Virus record (IMG/VR): IMGVR_UViG_3300025012_000952
Location: 1-64,000 of that record
Source of the DNA: an uncultured virus (IMG/VR IMGVR_UViG_3300025012_000952)
Taxonomy: Duplodnaviria > Heunggongvirae > Uroviricota > Caudoviricetes
Strand: one strand, 5' to 3'
DNA: 64,000 bases
Position numbers and translations under genes: made by a program. Positions 60,079 to 64,000 of the stretch are shown one piece after another (the stretch's first letter is position 1; every line of letters begins with the position of its first letter). The notes under the pieces are model-generated. The model did not search any database. It was given only the letters and a program-made list of their open reading frames with translations, and had not been told where the DNA came from.

Positions 60079-61455
60079 TCATAGTATATCTCCTCTGTCT
60101 GGTTGATACGGAGAATTTTCCTTAGTAATAATATCAGGGGTCCCCCTTCTGTCAATTCTTCCCTTACCTATCAAATAACGAGTTAATACTTCTGTGTAAG
60201 TATGGGAAGATCGTACATTTCCCGTAACAACTTTATCAATTCCCCATCTATTAATCAAAGAATCTATTACTTTTTCGCACCATTCTCTGGCCCCTATTGG
60301 CATATTTAAACGTGGATGAAGTTCTCTAATTCTATCGTGAAGTCTATTAGCCCCTATAATAAAATCATTTTCTTCTTTTTGGTTAAACTCTCCACTCGCC
60401 CCTAATAAAATTTTATCACGATAAAATTCTTTTAACCATCTTGTATTTTCGGGGTTTTTCTCTTTTTCTTTTTTAACCATGAAAGTTACTGGTTCAGGTT
60501 CGTTTTCTAAACAATGTAAAAATTGACTTTTAATTGACGAGGCAAAACGATTGTAAAAGAAAGTACCTAACCCCAAATTTTTAAAAATTGATTTATTTAC
60601 TGGTCGGTAATTCAGATTTGTAGCTATTAATTTATATTTATCTATCACCGAAATTATTTCTTCTTTTGAATAATTTTTATTATTAGTTAAACCCTCTCCT
60701 ATAAAAAGTTTTCCATCTAATACTTTTTCTATGATAGAAACTATATCTGTAAATGTTTTTGTTGGTTTGGCGTAGCCTTGATTATTCCATGCCGGCATAT
60801 GATGATGGGGTAAACCCGGCGAGGAATTCCAATAATTGATAATATCGAGAGTGTCTTTCCTATACCGTTGACGAGGGGTAACTTCAAATTCTATAGATAT
60901 AGATTTATTTCTTTTAATTAAAGACTGGGTTGAATTTAAGCCTAAATTATGAACGTCGGTTTCACCTGCTTTTGGTGAAACCCCCGAATCTTTCGAGAGA
61001 AAAGATTCGTTAGAATCTTTTGGATCTAAAGATTCTGGTATAGGTTCAATAATTATAGGTTTACTTAAAGAGATTCCGCTTTGAACGGAATCCAGATTCC
61101 GCTTTGAACGGAATCCAGATTCCGCCCATTCTTGTATTTTATTACGATCAATTCTATACCAATTTTTGGCCGGTATCCCTTTTCGAGATACTTGAATAAA
61201 ATTTAAATCTTGAAGTATTTTAGTGGAAGATGTTTGAACATCTTCGCTAAATCCAGTTCTATTTTTCAATAAACTTTGAAGCATATAAAAATACTCTCCG
61301 GGTTGTATTAATTCTTGTTTAATTAAGTAATTTTCCCAATCTATTAAGTCTCCTAAAATTATAGTAACGAAAGGACCTAATTTTATTAATACGGAACGGT
61401 TACAAGCTATGAAATTTGCAAATGGAATTTGAGATATATTCCTATTATTTTCCAT
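60079..61455 (-). CDS. Putative replication initiator (winged-helix N-terminus)
   Basis: TGFS...Q......L....FI.V.RKGIPAKNWYRID; internal DNA repeats; near DnaB. Confidence 0.55.
   Translation of the reverse strand: MENNRNISQIPFANFIACNRSVLIKLGPFVTIILGDLIDWENYLIKQELIQPGEYFYMLQSLLKNRTGFSEDVQTSSTKILQDLNFIQVSRKGIPAKNWYRIDRNKIQEWAESGFRSKRNLDSVQSGISLSKPIIIEPIPESLDPKDSNESFLSKDSGVSPKAGETDVHNLGLNSTQSLIKRNKSISIEFEVTPRQRYRKDTLDIINYWNSSPGLPHHHMPAWNNQGYAKPTKTFTDIVSIIEKVLDGKLFIGEGLTNNKNYSKEEIISVIDKYKLIATNLNYRPVNKSIFKNLGLGTFFYNRFASSIKSQFLHCLENEPEPVTFMVKKEKEKNPENTRWLKEFYRDKILLGASGEFNQKEENDFIIGANRLHDRIRELHPRLNMPIGAREWCEKVIDSLINRWGIDKVVTGNVRSSHTYTEVLTRYLIGKGRIDRRGTPDIITKENSPYQPDRGDIL
61071..61125. repeat. 23-bp tandem palindromic repeat (2.4 copies), iteron-like
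   Basis: AGATTCCGCTTTGAACGGAATCC x2 + AGATTCCGC. Confidence 0.85.
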
Positions 61456-61930
61456 TTTTATTCTCCTTAGCTATTTCCTCTTCACATTTCGATTCTAATT
61501 CCATAAATCGTATAAGCATTTCGTTACACGCTTGAACATTTATTTTGTAATAAATTTTATCGGTTTTTTTATCCCATATGAATTTAAGTATATCAGAATT
61601 TTCTAATTCATTTAGTATTTCTACGAGTTTTTCTTTGCCTATGAAAAGTAACCTCCCCGTCGTTTCTAACGATATAAAAGGCAAATCCCCAAATTTATTT
61701 GGGTAATGTCTTTTTATTTCGAACCAATAGTTATGATCTTGATTTAATAAACTAACAAAAGCTCCTTTTTCCAAACCGTAAAAATAAACAAAACCCCTAT
61801 CAATTGTTATAAGCCCCCCACCAGCTATTATATGATCGACATATAGCTTCGATTTTACAAATTTTTTACTTAATTCTCCCCCACCTTCACTCATTATTTT
61901 ATATAATCTAATAGATTTTGTATCACTCAT
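61445..61930 (-). CDS. Winged-helix-like hypothetical protein
   Basis: ILNELE...IL.......KIYYKIN resembles the wing of the neighbouring gene; start likely MSDTK. Confidence 0.45.
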   Translation of the reverse strand: MSDTKSIRLYKIMSEGGGELSKKFVKSKLYVDHIIAGGGLITIDRGFVYFYGLEKGAFVSLLNQDHNYWFEIKRHYPNKFGDLPFISLETTGRLLFIGKEKLVEILNELENSDILKFIWDKKTDKIYYKINVQACNEMLIRFMELESKCEEEIAKENKNGK

Positions 61931-63488
61931 CTTTCTTTCCCCCTTTATTTCCATCATAAAATACAAATTCTGTATCAATAATTGGCTGGCCCAATTCTAA
62001 TTGTTGAAGCATCATCACTTGCCTTCGTTTGTTAAATCTTTTCCATCTATGCTCCAACACTCCAGTTCTCCATACTCCTTTTTCTTTTTCTTCAGGAGTT
62101 TGATCTAGAGACATCATTATATCTACATGAGCCAAAATATAAGCATTTACTCCGATATCACTTTCATCTTGTAAATCTTTGGTAAGGGCGGATCTTCCAG
62201 ATCCTAACGATTGTGCTCCGGTTACTACTAACGCAGATCTGGATTGAGCCAATCGTTTATGAGCTTTAAATACATCGTCAACATCATGACGAGGATCATT
62301 AAATTTACGTTCTGATAAAATGATTGAAGCGTAGTCGGTGATTATAACGTCGGGTATAAATCCTTCAATTCTTTCTAATTCATCTAATTGATCTTCTACG
62401 TCCGACATTGTAGCGGAATAGGCAGGGAAGCTGATCATTCTGAGCAAGTCTTTACCGAACATTTTATTGAAACGTTTGATCTCTTTACGGGTATTAGGTA
62501 GGCTTAATTTAGGCCGATCTGCCACGAAGAACCACGTTGTAGCTAAGAAATTACCCCCTCCGGGTATCTTCCTACAGGCCGTACACGGTCGATACCTTCC
62601 GGGGGCTTTAGGGTCGAATTTAGGGGGGCGGGTTTCCCTATTCATACGTTCTAAATTATTGCAGGAATTATCTTGATTATTCAAACAATCAAAACTAGGA
62701 TAAATATAACCTTGGTTTTCGTCTCCTTCTCCCATAACTCCTAATTCTTTATACATTCTGGTAGCTTGGTGCTTATCTTTCATTTCGAAAGAAAGCATAG
62801 CTACCCTTTTTCTAGACATCATAGCATCGAATGCGAAATTTTCTAGAATCCAGGTTTTTCCACGTTTTGCAGGCCCCATTACAGTTATTAACCATCCTCT
62901 ATGAAGATCACCTAATAAATCTCCTAATTTACCTTTCATTCTAAATAGAGGAACTTCTTTTTCTTCAAAAACTGAATTTAAAAAATTAGGATCATCTAGT
63001 GGTTTAGACCATTTATAAGTGACTTCGTCAACTATCTTTTTTTTACTTTCATAGAATTTTTCAGCTTCTTCAGTTTTACCTATATCTAATAGAGCAGTAA
63101 TACCTTCTGCAGTCCTTCTTAAATGCTGAGTCTTTAAATATTCCTTGCCTTTATCGATAATAAAATCATCGTTTACTCCGTCGGGTCCTCCTTCTGATAA
63201 ATATTCCTCTGATAACTTAGCCAGGAATAATTCAATTTCTTCGTCTAGTCCCTGTTTGAGTTTTCCTTTTTCTGTTTCGTACAAATCTTTAATATGATTC
63301 TTTGGAGCAGATTTATATCGGTCAAAATAATCTAGAATCCATCGAACGATATTTTTGCTGACCTCTAGTTCGAATACGTTTGGATCAGCGAATGGAGCAA
63401 GATGTGTTATTACCTTGTCAGAAATGATCATTCCTGTAATGATACGTTTTTCTACTCCCTTATCAGAGCGGTGAATCCGTCTGAGCAT
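61923..63488 (-). CDS. dnaB: DnaB-like replicative helicase
   Basis: GPAKRGKT Walker A, SFEM, ITDYA, TGAQS. Confidence 0.85.
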   Translation of the reverse strand: MLRRIHRSDKGVEKRIITGMIISDKVITHLAPFADPNVFELEVSKNIVRWILDYFDRYKSAPKNHIKDLYETEKGKLKQGLDEEIELFLAKLSEEYLSEGGPDGVNDDFIIDKGKEYLKTQHLRRTAEGITALLDIGKTEEAEKFYESKKKIVDEVTYKWSKPLDDPNFLNSVFEEKEVPLFRMKGKLGDLLGDLHRGWLITVMGPAKRGKTWILENFAFDAMMSRKRVAMLSFEMKDKHQATRMYKELGVMGEGDENQGYIYPSFDCLNNQDNSCNNLERMNRETRPPKFDPKAPGRYRPCTACRKIPGGGNFLATTWFFVADRPKLSLPNTRKEIKRFNKMFGKDLLRMISFPAYSATMSDVEDQLDELERIEGFIPDVIITDYASIILSERKFNDPRHDVDDVFKAHKRLAQSRSALVVTGAQSLGSGRSALTKDLQDESDIGVNAYILAHVDIMMSLDQTPEEKEKGVWRTGVLEHRWKRFNKRRQVMMLQQLELGQPIIDTEFVFYDGNKGGKKDE

Positions 63489-63492
63489 AAAG

Positions 63493-63738
63493 CTATTTCT
63501 TGACGGCGTTCAGATTTAAGGAAAATCCTTCAGCGCCAAGAATGGGAATAAATCCTCCAGTACTGGCGATTATGTTAGTTTTCCCCGATTGAGATTTACC
63601 AAAATCTTGTTTTAAATCTACTTCAATGATGGGGATATTATCATTTTGTACTTCCATTATTATGTTTTTAATTTTAATTTTATTTTGATTCTCTAATTCT
63701 GCTATTCTTTCTTTAAGTTTCTGAATATCTTCGGTCAT
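63493..63738 (-). CDS. Hypothetical protein
   Basis: DL..DFG.S.SGKT.IIASTGG conserved-looking motif. Confidence 0.55.
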   Translation of the reverse strand: MTEDIQKLKERIAELENQNKIKIKNIIMEVQNDNIPIIEVDLKQDFGKSQSGKTNIIASTGGFIPILGAEGFSLNLNAVKK

Positions 63739-64000
63739 TTTTGATCTCCTTTTGGTTGGAAGGGTTGGATTAAACTAGGATCTCTTATGATATTCCAATG
63801 ATTTCCTGCTCCCCAAAGTAATAGCTGAGGGGAGAATACTATACGCTCGGTCCTTTTCCAAGTAAACCACAAAATTGCTTGTAATTGATTCGGAAGTAAT
63901 TTATGTTTTCTAGCTACTTTGAAAAATACTTCGGCCATTTCGTCGTATCTTTTTGGGGAAGATACTAATTTCAACTCTGCTACTTCTTTCATACGGTATC
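63735..64000 (-). CDS. Partial phage protein (C-terminus only)
   Basis: Y.......VA....L.P.QLQA..W..WKR; probably truncated by the window edge. Confidence 0.5.
   Translation of the reverse strand, partial: YRMKEVAELKLVSSPKRYDEMAEVFFKVARKHKLLPNQLQAILWFTWKRTERIVFSPQLLLWGAGNHWNIIRDPSLIQPFQPKGDQK

Noticed and set aside
61071..61125. Palindromic repeat as a mini-CRISPR
   Set aside because: Units are directly adjacent with no spacers
1..64000. Stop-codon reassignment
   Set aside because: Genes are full length in code 11 and end with TAA, TGA and TAG

Overview
This window is part of a large, AT-rich tailed dsDNA phage genome (siphovirus-type tail) with two converging arms. The + strand (1-26.2 kb) is the late/virion operon: head-tail adaptor, neck, terminator, tail tube, chaperone with a -1 frameshift, tape measure, lambda M/L/K/J-like tip proteins and a ~237-triplet collagen-like fibre. 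It is interleaved with about 7 glycosyltransferase domains, 4 SAM methyltransferases and a B12 radical SAM enzyme, and carries an antisense TnpB insertion. The - strand (26.2-64 kb) is the replication/recombination/metabolism arm: SbcCD, RuvC, RecA, 5'-3' exonuclease, SSB, UvsY-like, clamp loader, UDG-PolA fusion, beta clamp, ThyX, DnaB, initiator-like proteins, two SPL-like radical SAM enzymes, UDP-glucuronate decarboxylase, ACP, a Tad2-like protein, three inteins and four GIY-YIG/NUMOD3 genes. The most striking observation is the clamp-loader intein. It has no in-frame endonuclease, but a complete zinc-finger + DUF559/Vsr-like endonuclease gene is overprinted inside it in the +1 frame, with its own promoter, RBS and a start-codon hairpin. 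Also notable are two unannotated structured RNAs ending in a tRNA-like helix + ACCA, and a probable virion (collagen fibre) glycosylation system. All family assignments come from motif recognition by eye; no database searches were run.
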